Below are positions 7,301 through 14,915 of a stretch of 23,739 nucleotides of DNA, piece after piece. The stretch is from IMG/VR virus record IMGVR_UViG_638275429_000001, positions 1 to 23,739 of that record. One strand, written 5' to 3'. Under the pieces are notes generated by a model. The model was not told the origin of the DNA and searched no databases. It saw only the letters and a program-made list of their open reading frames with translations. The position numbers were made by a program, and so were the translations under genes. How positions within the stretch are numbered: position 1 is the first letter of the stretch; each line of letters begins with the position of its first letter. Source of the DNA: a virus. Its lineage: Duplodnaviria > Heunggongvirae > Uroviricota > Caudoviricetes > Straboviridae.

Positions 7301-7717
7301 TTAATATCCTTTCCAGAAATTTACAGGTTGTTTTCGCTCTAATTGGGAATCATGAGCAATGGTTGAAAGCATATCACGGACGCCCACATCGCTTAATCCG
7401 TCATATTGTAACTCGCGTATTCTTCTGAAACGTGCGTAAAGCTCAGCAAATTTAATGCCTTTGCAACGATCAACGTTAATCATCATCAATGCGTCATTCG
7501 GCACCCATTTGCGTCTCAGGACATAGGTTCTCCGATCAGGAGATTCTTGCGAGCTATGCCAATTAATGAAAACATCATGCGATCCGGCCCACTCGCGAAG
7601 ATCGTCGAACTCACGTGCTTTTGATTTCCAATATGAACTTTTCGCTTGCGTTAAAATGGTAAGCAAGATGATAAAAAGAATCACTATTGCGAATATGTTG
7701 ACCGTGATCACGTTCAT
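7301..7717 (-). CDS. Hypothetical membrane-anchored protein (138 aa)
   Basis: N-terminal hydrophobic helix IFAIVILFIILLTIL followed by basic residues; paralog of 7719-8096. Confidence 0.75.
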   Translation of the reverse strand: MNVITVNIFAIVILFIILLTILTQAKSSYWKSKAREFDDLREWAGSHDVFINWHSSQESPDRRTYVLRRKWVPNDALMMINVDRCKGIKFAELYARFRRIRELQYDGLSDVGVRDMLSTIAHDSQLERKQPVNFWKGY

Positions 7718-7718
7718 G

Positions 7719-8096
7719 TCATTTGTCCCAGATAGTTTTTTCTATTTTGGCTTGAGATAGGTAAAGAATTGACATAAGATTGCCGGTTTGGTCGAAATCT
7801 GGATTCGCGATATCATCTTTGCGAATCTGCTCTAACATTTTATAGGCTTTACGAAAATTGATGCCTTTGCATTCGGAAAATATTGCATTGTCTCCACCGG
7901 GCATGAAAAATACAACCTTTTCAAAAGCACCCACTACGCCATTCTTGAAATTCATGGATATACCATATTTCGCAAGCCATGTGTTAATCTTTGCTTGCTC
8001 ATTTCGGGCTTTTTTCCGCCAACGGCTATCCCATGTTGAAAAGCAGCAGGCTATAAGCCCCAGCACTAGCCCAGCGATAAAAATTATTTGGAACAT
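7719..8096 (-). CDS. Hypothetical membrane-anchored protein (about 125 aa)
   Basis: N-terminal helix IIFIAGLVLGLIACCF; start chosen at MFQII; paralog of 7301-7717. Confidence 0.75.
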   Translation of the reverse strand: MFQIIFIAGLVLGLIACCFSTWDSRWRKKARNEQAKINTWLAKYGISMNFKNGVVGAFEKVVFFMPGGDNAIFSECKGINFRKAYKMLEQIRKDDIANPDFDQTGNLMSILYLSQAKIEKTIWDK

Positions 8097-8629
8097 GCTT
8101 TTTCCACCCATTTTTCAGCTTTCATATTCAGTTGAAGATTCAGCTCTTTTACGATGAGGTCAACAATTTGGCTTTTGCCCAACCCGGGGTTATCTTCAGA
8201 GTATTGAAGATAAAGCATGTCCATCACGCAGTTGATGACATCTGCAGCTTCACCGACTGGTCGCTCATCACAACGCTCAGGCTGGTTGATCGATTTAGCG
8301 AATTCGCCAACTTCCTCAACCAACTTGCCCATCACAAAGCCCATATTGCGTGTCGGGACAACAGCGCTGGCTGTAAAGGTGCTCGACAAATCGATCGAAA
8401 CGTTCTTTATAACTTCGTCGAAAAACACGTTGAGGTCTCCTTCGATTTTGAATGACATTGGAGTTACTGCATGGTAGATTCCATCGATTTGGCGATAGCT
8501 CTGATGCTCAATGGTATTGATCGCTTCGATCAATTCCGAACGATTTTGCCGGCGCCCTATCCGGTTTATGGATTTTTTGTTGATGAACGATATCAAACCT
8601 TCGCGGTCATTACACTTCAAACGAATCAT
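8084..8629 (-). CDS. MazG-like NTP pyrophosphohydrolase with N-terminal extra domain
   Basis: C-terminal half has KLVEEVGEFAKSI...GEAADV (EExxE...ExxD of all-alpha NTP-PPases); N-terminal 73 aa end in VFFDEV like the GoF-like family. Confidence 0.75.
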   Translation of the reverse strand: MIRLKCNDREGLISFINKKSINRIGRRQNRSELIEAINTIEHQSYRQIDGIYHAVTPMSFKIEGDLNVFFDEVIKNVSIDLSSTFTASAVVPTRNMGFVMGKLVEEVGEFAKSINQPERCDERPVGEAADVINCVMDMLYLQYSEDNPGLGKSQIVDLIVKELNLQLNMKAEKWVEKACSK

Positions 8630-8865
8630 ACATTTACCTCAAACTGTTCTTCGAAAAATTTCTGTTCGTTGACTGGAATACCGATGGCATAACCCAGGAA
8701 TTCAGCATTAGTTTTCCAGCCGCCGTCTTCCATAACTTCGATTACACGGAGATCTCCTTCTTTGGATTTGCCCTCGAGTATGCTTGCCCACAGGCGTTGA
8801 CCTTGGGTTTTGCAGTATTCTGCGTGGTATTCTGGCAGAACATTGAGTTTCATCTGGATTTTCAT
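8626..8865 (-). CDS. Hypothetical 79-aa protein (ends EQKFFEE; probable GoF-like family)
   Basis: Start moved to the ATGA overlap with 8862-9080, SD GAGG; C-terminus shares 16 identical nt with the neighbour. Confidence 0.7.
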   Translation of the reverse strand: MKIQMKLNVLPEYHAEYCKTQGQRLWASILEGKSKEGDLRVIEVMEDGGWKTNAEFLGYAIGIPVNEQKFFEEQFEVNV

Positions 8866-9080
8866 TGATTGACCTCGAAAAATTTCTGTTGATCGCGACA
8901 AATTTGGGCTTTGCCGAGTGGCCCGTAAACATTAAGAGTCCACATACCGCGATCGCGTTGCACGATTTGCAATTCGCGAGTTTTTGTGAAATCTACGATT
9001 GAGCGCGCCAGCTTATAGTCCACAATGTTTTTGCGGCAGTGGTCGATAAAACCTTTTTCGTCAATGAGTCTGATTTTCAT
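8862..9080 (-). CDS. Hypothetical 72-aa protein (MKIRL...QQKFFEV; probable GoF-like family)
   Basis: ATGA-coupled to both neighbours; SD GGAG. Confidence 0.7.
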   Translation of the reverse strand: MKIRLIDEKGFIDHCRKNIVDYKLARSIVDFTKTRELQIVQRDRGMWTLNVYGPLGKAQICRDQQKFFEVNQ

Positions 9081-9406
9081 TTCAGTTCTCCATAGCTCAG
9101 TTTGATGAGTATGCGTTGGCCACGTTTCATCGACACATCGACTATTCCGCGAAGCCCGATAAGTTCGCTTTGATAGCGCGTCGCGGTCGGAAAGTTCTTT
9201 AAAATGACCTTGCGGATCTTTTCGTTATACTCAGCAATTTCAGTTTGCGCTAGTTTGTAAGCTTTGGTTTTGAAAAGCTTTCCAAAAGTGTCCTGGTTGT
9301 TGGCGCCGACGGCATTCATGCTGGTGTAAAGTTCGTAGAGTTCCTTCTCAACGCCATGACTTTTCTCTTCCGCCAACAAAAGCCTGTAATTAGGCCGGCA
9401 CATCAC
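9077..9406 (-). CDS. Hypothetical 109-aa protein
   Basis: Translationally coupled ORF in the early operon. Confidence 0.65.
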   Translation of the reverse strand: MMCRPNYRLLLAEEKSHGVEKELYELYTSMNAVGANNQDTFGKLFKTKAYKLAQTEIAEYNEKIRKVILKNFPTATRYQSELIGLRGIVDVSMKRGQRILIKLSYGELK

Positions 9407-9624
9407 AGACGACCTTTGAGATTTTCGTAAACACCTTCAACCAACTTGTACTCGCTGCCGTCTTTGGTGATTACCCGCTCCAATACTGCGATGCGAGTGT
9501 TGCCGTCGAAGACATAAAGAACAGTTGTGTAAACGAGGTGCTCTTCGTGGCTTTTCTCCACAATGTTGAACTGGTTGGTGAACATAACATCCAGGAAAAA
9601 ATCTTTAGAGATACGCATTTTCAT
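9403..9624 (-). CDS. Hypothetical 73-aa protein
   Basis: SD GGAG directly after an early promoter. Confidence 0.7.
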   Translation of the reverse strand: MKMRISKDFFLDVMFTNQFNIVEKSHEEHLVYTTVLYVFDGNTRIAVLERVITKDGSEYKLVEGVYENLKGRL

Positions 9625-9642
9625 TACTCCGTGTTTATCGAT

Positions 9643-9683
9643 TTGATGTGATTATCTTAACATGAGTTGAAATCAATGTAAAC
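9643..9683 (-). promoter_or_regulatory. Early promoter
   Basis: GTTTAC-18-TAAGAT with TG extension; CATCAA 5 nt downstream. Confidence 0.85.
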
Positions 9684-9956
9684 TCATTTTTTCAAAACAT
9701 TTTCGTCCAACCATTTTTGAACTTGAGTATTGCAATCTTTGTCATAGCTTATGCAATAGTCGTAACGAGGATTTTTCGATTTTGAGTCATACACTTTATC
9801 AAAGAAGACATAACCGACTTCAGGGATATCGACACTGAAATAAACTGACGTCATTCGGCCATCAGTTTCGACAATCGGACCTTCAGCCAAAGGATGTTGA
9901 GTAATCACTTCGTAAACAACTTCTTTGATAGGCAAAGTCCGCAAATGCTTTTTCAT
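9684..9956 (-). CDS. Hypothetical 90-aa early protein
   Basis: Start reassigned to the ATG after GGAGG (MKKHLRT...). Confidence 0.7.
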   Translation of the reverse strand: MKKHLRTLPIKEVVYEVITQHPLAEGPIVETDGRMTSVYFSVDIPEVGYVFFDKVYDSKSKNPRYDYCISYDKDCNTQVQKWLDENVLKK

Positions 9957-9971
9957 TATGACCTCCATGAT

Positions 9972-10012
9972 TTGATGGGACAATTTTATACCGATAAACG
10001 GACAATGTAAAC
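9972..10012 (-). promoter_or_regulatory. Early promoter of terminator-promoter cassette
   Basis: GTTTAC-18-TAAAAT; CATCAA 5 nt downstream; same UP tract as the 4149-4188 promoter. Confidence 0.85.
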
Positions 10013-10048
10013 TGTTTTGTGAAAAGATTTCAATAAAAACAACAAAGG
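10006..10048. repeat. Direct repeat copy 2 (terminator tail + UP element + -35)
   Basis: Near-identical to 4182-4225. Confidence 0.9.
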
Positions 10049-10061
10049 GCCCGAAGGCCCT
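10035..10061 (-). terminator. Intrinsic terminator
   Basis: AGGGCC-TTCG-GGCCCT then TTGTTGTTTTT. Confidence 0.88.
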
Positions 10062-10067
10062 CAGAGT

Positions 10068-10544
10068 TTACAGGATGAAGTCAGCTTCTTCCAAATATGA
10101 TTCATTGAGACCACCCTCGATGTGCACCAAGTGATGAAGGAGAACTTCGCTGTGATCATACATGCACTTAGCGTCGTCGATAACTACCCAACGGCGAATT
10201 CCATGATCGGCCGCATGCTTTAGTACACCTGTGCCACGACCCTGGCCACCACCTGTGTTATAAGCTTCGGAATGATATGGAAGCTCCAGGAAGTCACATA
10301 TCATTTTGCCTGTGTCATTCAACACGACCCATGAGCTAACGATTACAACTTTTGCATTATTGCGAATAAGCCATTCGCGCAGAATGCTTAGACGGTGGTT
10401 TGAGACGAAATCACCATGGTTGTATGGCGAGGTCCGGAAAAGATGCGATGCCCTGTCAGTTCTCCAAATTTCATGGTCACTAACTGTATTGAGAACACCA
10501 TCAATATCGAGATAAACTACAACTTCGTTTACTTGCTTATCCAT
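10068..10544 (-). CDS. HAD-superfamily phosphatase-like protein (HAD_SAK_2-like)
   Basis: Motif I YLDIDGVLN, motif II IVSSW, motif IV VVIDD; SD GAGG. Confidence 0.8.
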   Translation of the reverse strand: MDKQVNEVVVYLDIDGVLNTVSDHEIWRTDRASHLFRTSPYNHGDFVSNHRLSILREWLIRNNAKVVIVSSWVVLNDTGKMICDFLELPYHSEAYNTGGGQGRGTGVLKHAADHGIRRWVVIDDAKCMYDHSEVLLHHLVHIEGGLNESYLEEADFIL

Positions 10545-10918
10545 TTTGGACCTCGTTTAGTTCGCTGAATCCATCGGAAACCTGATGCCTGTTGCCTCAT
10601 GGCGAGTTGTTCTTGCATTGCCATTGAAATGGTTGCGCTATAAACCTTTTTGGTATCTGCGAAAACGCCGATATGCAAATTCCATCTAACATCAATATAA
10701 GCTCGTATTTTGTGATGATCGTCGATGTACACTTTGCCAGGTTTGGTCTTGCGAACAGCTCTCGCTAGTGCACAAAATACCGGAGTTGATATTTCACGCT
10801 TGCTGCCGAAGAAGCTTCCATACGAAATAAACCCGCGGTGATAAATTCCTTGCTCGACTGGTTGAAGCTTAAACGCCAATGAGCAAAATGCTAAAAACTC
10901 TCTTGCTTCAGGGGTCAT
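10529..10918 (-). CDS. Hypothetical 129-aa protein
   Basis: ATGA-coupled ORF in operon. Confidence 0.65.
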   Translation of the reverse strand: MTPEAREFLAFCSLAFKLQPVEQGIYHRGFISYGSFFGSKREISTPVFCALARAVRKTKPGKVYIDDHHKIRAYIDVRWNLHIGVFADTKKVYSATISMAMQEQLAMRQQASGFRWIQRTKRGPKWISK

Positions 10919-11160
10919 TCTCTTATCTCCACCAGCACACCATCTCGGAACGGATTCGGCTTAGCTACCCACGTCTTTGCGGTTGGGTGCAGTTCGCCTA
11001 TCATGGCACCAACTGATTTAGCGAAAAATTCATACTTTTCCGTTAGCTTTTTGCGTGTCGATGGAAGCATAATGATGTTTGACAATTTGTTGTTGAGCTT
11101 CATCCCATCGATTAATATGCTTCCCCAAAAACTATTTTTGTCAAAATGTTCGTATATCAT
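10915..11160 (-). CDS. Hypothetical 81-aa protein
   Basis: ATGA-coupled ORF, SD GGAG. Confidence 0.65.
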   Translation of the reverse strand: MIYEHFDKNSFWGSILIDGMKLNNKLSNIIMLPSTRKKLTEKYEFFAKSVGAMIGELHPTAKTWVAKPNPFRDGVLVEIRE

Positions 11161-11417
11161 TTTAGCTCCAACTGTTTTTCAGCCCATGAAATGATTTCAT
11201 TATAATCGCCTGCCATTTCATCGGGAACTTCGACTATATGCTCGAAATCCGGCATAGGATGTTCTTTGTCTCCCTCGATGCATAGTATGCCATCAACGCG
11301 CGAGAATTCCCATGAGCCATTTTCAACATAACCATTTTGGATAACTCCTTCAGTCATACTGAAGAAATTAAGCAGCACCGGATTGGTGCCGCCTTTTCTA
11401 AATGCAGCAATTCTCAT
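11157..11417 (-). CDS. Hypothetical 86-aa protein
   Basis: ATGA-coupled to the dexA stop. Confidence 0.65.
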   Translation of the reverse strand: MRIAAFRKGGTNPVLLNFFSMTEGVIQNGYVENGSWEFSRVDGILCIEGDKEHPMPDFEHIVEVPDEMAGDYNEIISWAEKQLELK

Positions 11418-12079
11418 TTGCGAACACTTCGCGGGTCGATGTCGTCACCAGTCGGGACTTCCTCGAGGCCGAGAGCATAACGCTTGGAATAGAGAAGTTC
11501 CAGCGCGGCTTTAGCACAATCGTGGATAGCATCATGCATAACGAATCCATCCAATGCACCTTTTGGCATTGGGCACATGGTCATATCGCGAACCATCAAA
11601 GTCGCTTCAACGGCTGTACGAACATCGCGTTGTTGCCAGAAGAAGCATGGCTCCAGATTGAACGTTTCACGAGTGCCATGAATTTGACGGATAACGTCGA
11701 TCAGAATTGGGAAGTCGAAACTTTGACCGCGGCACCAGCCTTGACCAGTTTTCTTATTGAATCCTTCGGCTTTCAGGAAATTCATGAAGTCATCATAGAA
11801 GCTGAGATAATCAACGTCGATATCTGATGGCTTCAGGTTCAACTTGGCTTCGTCAGACTGCTTCTTCCACCAATCCATAGTGCCTTGGTCGAAGATACGT
11901 TTACCTTTTTGGGACTTCAAATCGAATTTGAATCGGCGACCGCGATGGCAGAGTTCTTCAAAGGTTGGCAGATTGTGTGGGTCATGTTCAAATACCAAAA
12001 CAGCCAGGTCAACAACGGCACCTTCCGGAGCATTACCCATTGTTTCCCAATCCAGCACAAAATCAGTTACATTGCTCAT
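11414..12079 (-). CDS. dexA: DexA exonuclease A (DEDDh 3'-5' exonuclease)
   Basis: DWETMG, FDLKSQKG.R.F, WW..QS.EA, GWCRG.SFDFPIL, HDAIHDC match recalled T4 DexA; start at MSNVTD with GGAG SD. Confidence 0.93.
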   Translation of the reverse strand: MSNVTDFVLDWETMGNAPEGAVVDLAVLVFEHDPHNLPTFEELCHRGRRFKFDLKSQKGKRIFDQGTMDWWKKQSDEAKLNLKPSDIDVDYLSFYDDFMNFLKAEGFNKKTGQGWCRGQSFDFPILIDVIRQIHGTRETFNLEPCFFWQQRDVRTAVEATLMVRDMTMCPMPKGALDGFVMHDAIHDCAKAALELLYSKRYALGLEEVPTGDDIDPRSVRK

Positions 12080-12294
12080 AAAATTCTTCTCTCCACTTGG
12101 TTTGGATTGATTATTACTAGACCTTCGAAATCGCAACATTCGATTCGATAACATCCGAATTTGTATTGTATCACGGTTCCAGAGTAGCGATATCCATTTT
12201 TGATAAAATAGACCGGTTGACCCGGTCTGAAAATATTCTTATCAGGGTACTTATACGAAACCAACGTTTTCGCGAGCTCGGGTATTACCGACAT
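12076..12294 (-). CDS. Hypothetical 72-aa protein
   Basis: AGGAG SD 7 nt before ATG, inside the dda 3' end; stop coupled to the dexA start. Confidence 0.6.
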   Translation of the reverse strand: MSVIPELAKTLVSYKYPDKNIFRPGQPVYFIKNGYRYSGTVIQYKFGCYRIECCDFEGLVIINPNQVERRIL

Positions 12295-13570
12295 AAATTA
12301 GCTCCTGCGCGACATCTGGATCGCGACAATATGAATGCAGACATGGCGTAAACAAATATGCGTTTTTGAATGTTGAACCTTGGCTCTTGTGAAACGTCAT
12401 TGCACCGAGTGGCCGGACTTTGGTGAATGTGTTTTTAATAGCCCAAAAATCTTTCCATGCCGGAAATACAGCGCGGCTTCGATATTTGTCAGCAATGATT
12501 GACAAGAACTCGCTTATCGCCTGCGCCGTGTTATCGTCTGCGATTACGCTAAACCATGCTCGCTTGTAATCGTCTTCATCTTCGTCGTGGGTTTCACATT
12601 CCAACATGATGTATTCGACTTCGATTTCACCGACGTTTTTAGCAACCAATTTCTTCCTTGATGGCTTAACGTTGAGAATTTGAACGTTTTGGCCATTGCT
12701 GAAAATTACTTCCTTCAGCGTTTGACCTCCGACGTCAATCTCAAACATCAACGGTTCTTGCATAACCAGAATTTCACCTGGTAAGAAAGGTGCGACGTCG
12801 CTACCGTAAAGTTTCTTACGGATGACGGCATTCAATTTGTCAACAGAAGCATTCGTGTAAGCCATGATTCGATTTTCAAACAAATCTTCAGGCTTTTTAG
12901 TCCTGTTGAAGTAAACTCCCAGGAAATCTTTAACGGAGTGATACTGCTTCACACCATTACCATGCTCGTCAAGCTTTTCGTATATCCACTTGCCGTTGCG
13001 AATATCGGTTGCAACTTCGATGATCGGACCTTGGTGGCGTTTGACTTCGTCAAGTTCAACTTGACTGAACCGATCATCAGTGAAGAATGGGCTCAACTCG
13101 TGAGTCTCGTTATCCTCCGAAACACCTCGAATTTGCGCCTTGTCGCCAATGCCAATAATGACACAATGCGACGGAACAGTCTTCATCAGGATATTGAACA
13201 GCTTACGAGTGTAAAACGATACTTCGTCGCAGATAAGCACACGAATCTTCGAGAAATCTGGAGTTCCTTTCTGCTCGAAAATCTGGTTCTCTTCCAGCGT
13301 GCTTGGGTTGATTTTGAGAAGCGATTGTATGGTATACGCTTTTCGCAAGGCGTGTTTTGACAATTCCTTTTTAGCCTGGTGGGTAGGAGCCGCCAGTACT
13401 ATTCCTTGTTGACCGGTTTGAAACAACCGGTCTAACAGAAATTTGGTTAAAGTCGTTTTACCGGTACCAGCAGGTCCACGGATAGTAATGTGCCGTTTGG
13501 TCGAAATAGCATCCATCGCTCCATCGATTGCTAATTTCTGTCCATTGGTCAAATCATCATAAGTTAGCAT
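12251..13570 (-). CDS. dda: Dda DNA helicase (SF1B)
   Basis: TYDDLT.GQ, GPAGTGKTT Walker A, ICDEVS, IGD..QI, TFHKSQGST, YVG.TRAR; ATG after GAGG SD. Confidence 0.96.
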   Translation of the reverse strand: MLTYDDLTNGQKLAIDGAMDAISTKRHITIRGPAGTGKTTLTKFLLDRLFQTGQQGIVLAAPTHQAKKELSKHALRKAYTIQSLLKINPSTLEENQIFEQKGTPDFSKIRVLICDEVSFYTRKLFNILMKTVPSHCVIIGIGDKAQIRGVSEDNETHELSPFFTDDRFSQVELDEVKRHQGPIIEVATDIRNGKWIYEKLDEHGNGVKQYHSVKDFLGVYFNRTKKPEDLFENRIMAYTNASVDKLNAVIRKKLYGSDVAPFLPGEILVMQEPLMFEIDVGGQTLKEVIFSNGQNVQILNVKPSRKKLVAKNVGEIEVEYIMLECETHDEDEDDYKRAWFSVIADDNTAQAISEFLSIIADKYRSRAVFPAWKDFWAIKNTFTKVRPLGAMTFHKSQGSTFKNAYLFTPCLHSYCRDPDVAQELIYVGNTRARENVGFV

Positions 13571-13572
13571 TT

Positions 13573-13884
13573 TCACCTCATTTGTTTAGGCATGATGTTT
13601 ATCTCAGCGATGTGCATTGTATCATACATACGCTTATGCATATTAGCCAAATGCCCTGACGGTTTATTCACACTAACGATTGTCGGCGGCCCAAACAGGC
13701 GTTTCTTGATAACCGTTGTGCCCTTTAGATATTCCTCAATAGACTTCTTTGCATTTTTAAGACTAACGTCAGCTTCCTCCCACGAATCATGAAACATGAC
13801 TCCGCCAAAGGCACCATGCAAATTGCCACTGACAAAGTGGCAGAACCCTTCCGGGTCCTTCCACTGCAACGCATATTTTTTCAT
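13573..13884 (-). CDS. Hypothetical 103-aa protein (dda.1 position)
   Basis: SD GAGGTGA; coupled to dda; position and size only. Confidence 0.7.
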   Translation of the reverse strand: MKKYALQWKDPEGFCHFVSGNLHGAFGGVMFHDSWEEADVSLKNAKKSIEEYLKGTTVIKKRLFGPPTIVSVNKPSGHLANMHKRMYDTMHIAEINIMPKQMR

Positions 13885-13900
13885 ATCACCTCAGCTATGT

Positions 13901-14080
13901 TTAGCCGTGCACCAGCTCAAATCCGTTGTAATTGGCGTCCTTGACAACCTTTACACCAGCGATGAACTGGATTTTGAAGTTTGACACATCAAACGTGTGT
14001 GCGATTCGTATGATAACACCGCCAGGGGTGTTCATAGCAGATGTTATGACTTGAGAATCACGGTCGAGTTCTTTCCACAT
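13901..14080 (-). CDS. Hypothetical 59-aa protein not in ORF track (MWKELDRDSQ...FELVHG)
   Basis: Read manually; AGGA SD 7 nt before ATG; fills the gap before the next gene. Confidence 0.6.
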   Translation of the reverse strand: MWKELDRDSQVITSAMNTPGGVIIRIAHTFDVSNFKIQFIAGVKVVKDANYNGFELVHG

Positions 14081-14192
14081 TTCCAGGTCCTGTTATAATC
14101 ATTGGAATGTATGGGCAATAGAATACCGCATGCCCATCAACACAATCAAGCAACCTTTGGCGGTTAATTGCGTTGATTTGTTCAGGAGTCAA
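14058..14192 (-). CDS. Hypothetical ~44-aa protein (TTG start; contains VFYCPYIPM)
   Basis: AAGGA upstream of TTG, just after the stop of 14195-14338; start uncertain (track start 14261). Confidence 0.4.
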   Translation of the reverse strand: MTPEQINAINRQRLLDCVDGHAVFYCPYIPMIITGPGNVERTRP

Positions 14193-14194
14193 CT

Positions 14195-14338
14195 TTACAG
14201 CTTTCCTTGCCAAGGGTGGCATCCTGGCATAACGTCGCTGTTGTAAGGCTTTTTGTACCATGGGGTTTGTTGCTCTTTCTCTTTTACACGCTTCATACGA
14301 AGGGCGAACATCGTGTTATCAGACTGTTTATTTGTCAT
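14195..14338 (-). CDS. Hypothetical 47-aa basic protein not in ORF track (MTNKQSDN...WQGKL)
   Basis: TAATG overlap with the gene 56 stop. Confidence 0.55.
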   Translation of the reverse strand: MTNKQSDNTMFALRMKRVKEKEQQTPWYKKPYNSDVMPGCHPWQGKL

Positions 14339-14856
14339 TAGTAGCCTCGCTCTTGACGGTCAAAGTTTTCTGCATTTTTCAGGTAATACAGTTTGAAGAT
14401 TTCGTTGCCATCCATGCCCATCGCGATAAATTTGTTCAGAACAAAGTGCATTTGGTCGATCAATTCGAATTTTGCTTCAAGCTGATCTTCAGCGGATAAA
14501 TCAGAAAACAGGCGATCACGATATTCGCCATGCTCAGCACGCCACGGTTTCCAAATAGCATTTGGCTTGGGATTGCTCATACCACCAAGCGAAGTATAGT
14601 GCTCGCGGACTTCGTCGGCAATATAGTCGTCTTGCTTTTGGCACCATTCCAGAATTTCGCCGCATGTTTTCAGGGTACGCGGATCTTTGTTGTATTTTGG
14701 ATGACGTTCAGCCAGCTCGATTTGCAATTGGCGCTGCATGTCGATCATTCGATCAAGCGGGTTATGATGAACACTCAAACAGCCTTCGAGAGCATTTTGA
14801 GCTTTATGCAGATTGTCGATAAGTTGTGAGCATTCATTAAATTGAGGTGTAGTCAT
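14338..14856 (-). CDS. 56: dCTPase/dUTPase gp56
   Basis: FNEC..LI, M.DMQR.LQ..LA, I.DE.RE..TSLG.MS, WK.W, EDQLE.KFELID..HF, EIFKLYYLKNAENF.RQ.RGY match recalled T4 gp56; SD AGGAG. Confidence 0.95.
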   Translation of the reverse strand: MTTPQFNECSQLIDNLHKAQNALEGCLSVHHNPLDRMIDMQRQLQIELAERHPKYNKDPRTLKTCGEILEWCQKQDDYIADEVREHYTSLGGMSNPKPNAIWKPWRAEHGEYRDRLFSDLSAEDQLEAKFELIDQMHFVLNKFIAMGMDGNEIFKLYYLKNAENFDRQERGY

Positions 14857-14880
14857 TGTTATTCTCCTTTTGTTTCGTCT

Positions 14881-14889
14881 ATTGTATCA
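14881..14889 (-). promoter_or_regulatory. Possible extended -10 promoter for gene 56
   Basis: TGA-TACAAT upstream of the SD; no clear -35 or MotA box. Confidence 0.4.
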
Positions 14890-14915
14890 CTCTCAGGACA
14901 CACAGCACGATTTTG

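Noticed and set aside
4182-10048. Direct repeats as CRISPR repeats or transposon/att ends
   Set aside because: Only two copies 5.8 kb apart, fully explained as terminator-promoter cassette; no spacers, transposase or integrase
12080-12154. N-terminal extension of DexA
   Set aside because: Overlaps the upstream ORF; homology and SD point to 12079
14881-14912. MotA-dependent middle promoter upstream of gene 56 (GTGCTGTG)
   Set aside because: Poor match to the TTTGCTTTA box and spacing too long; kept only as a weak extended -10
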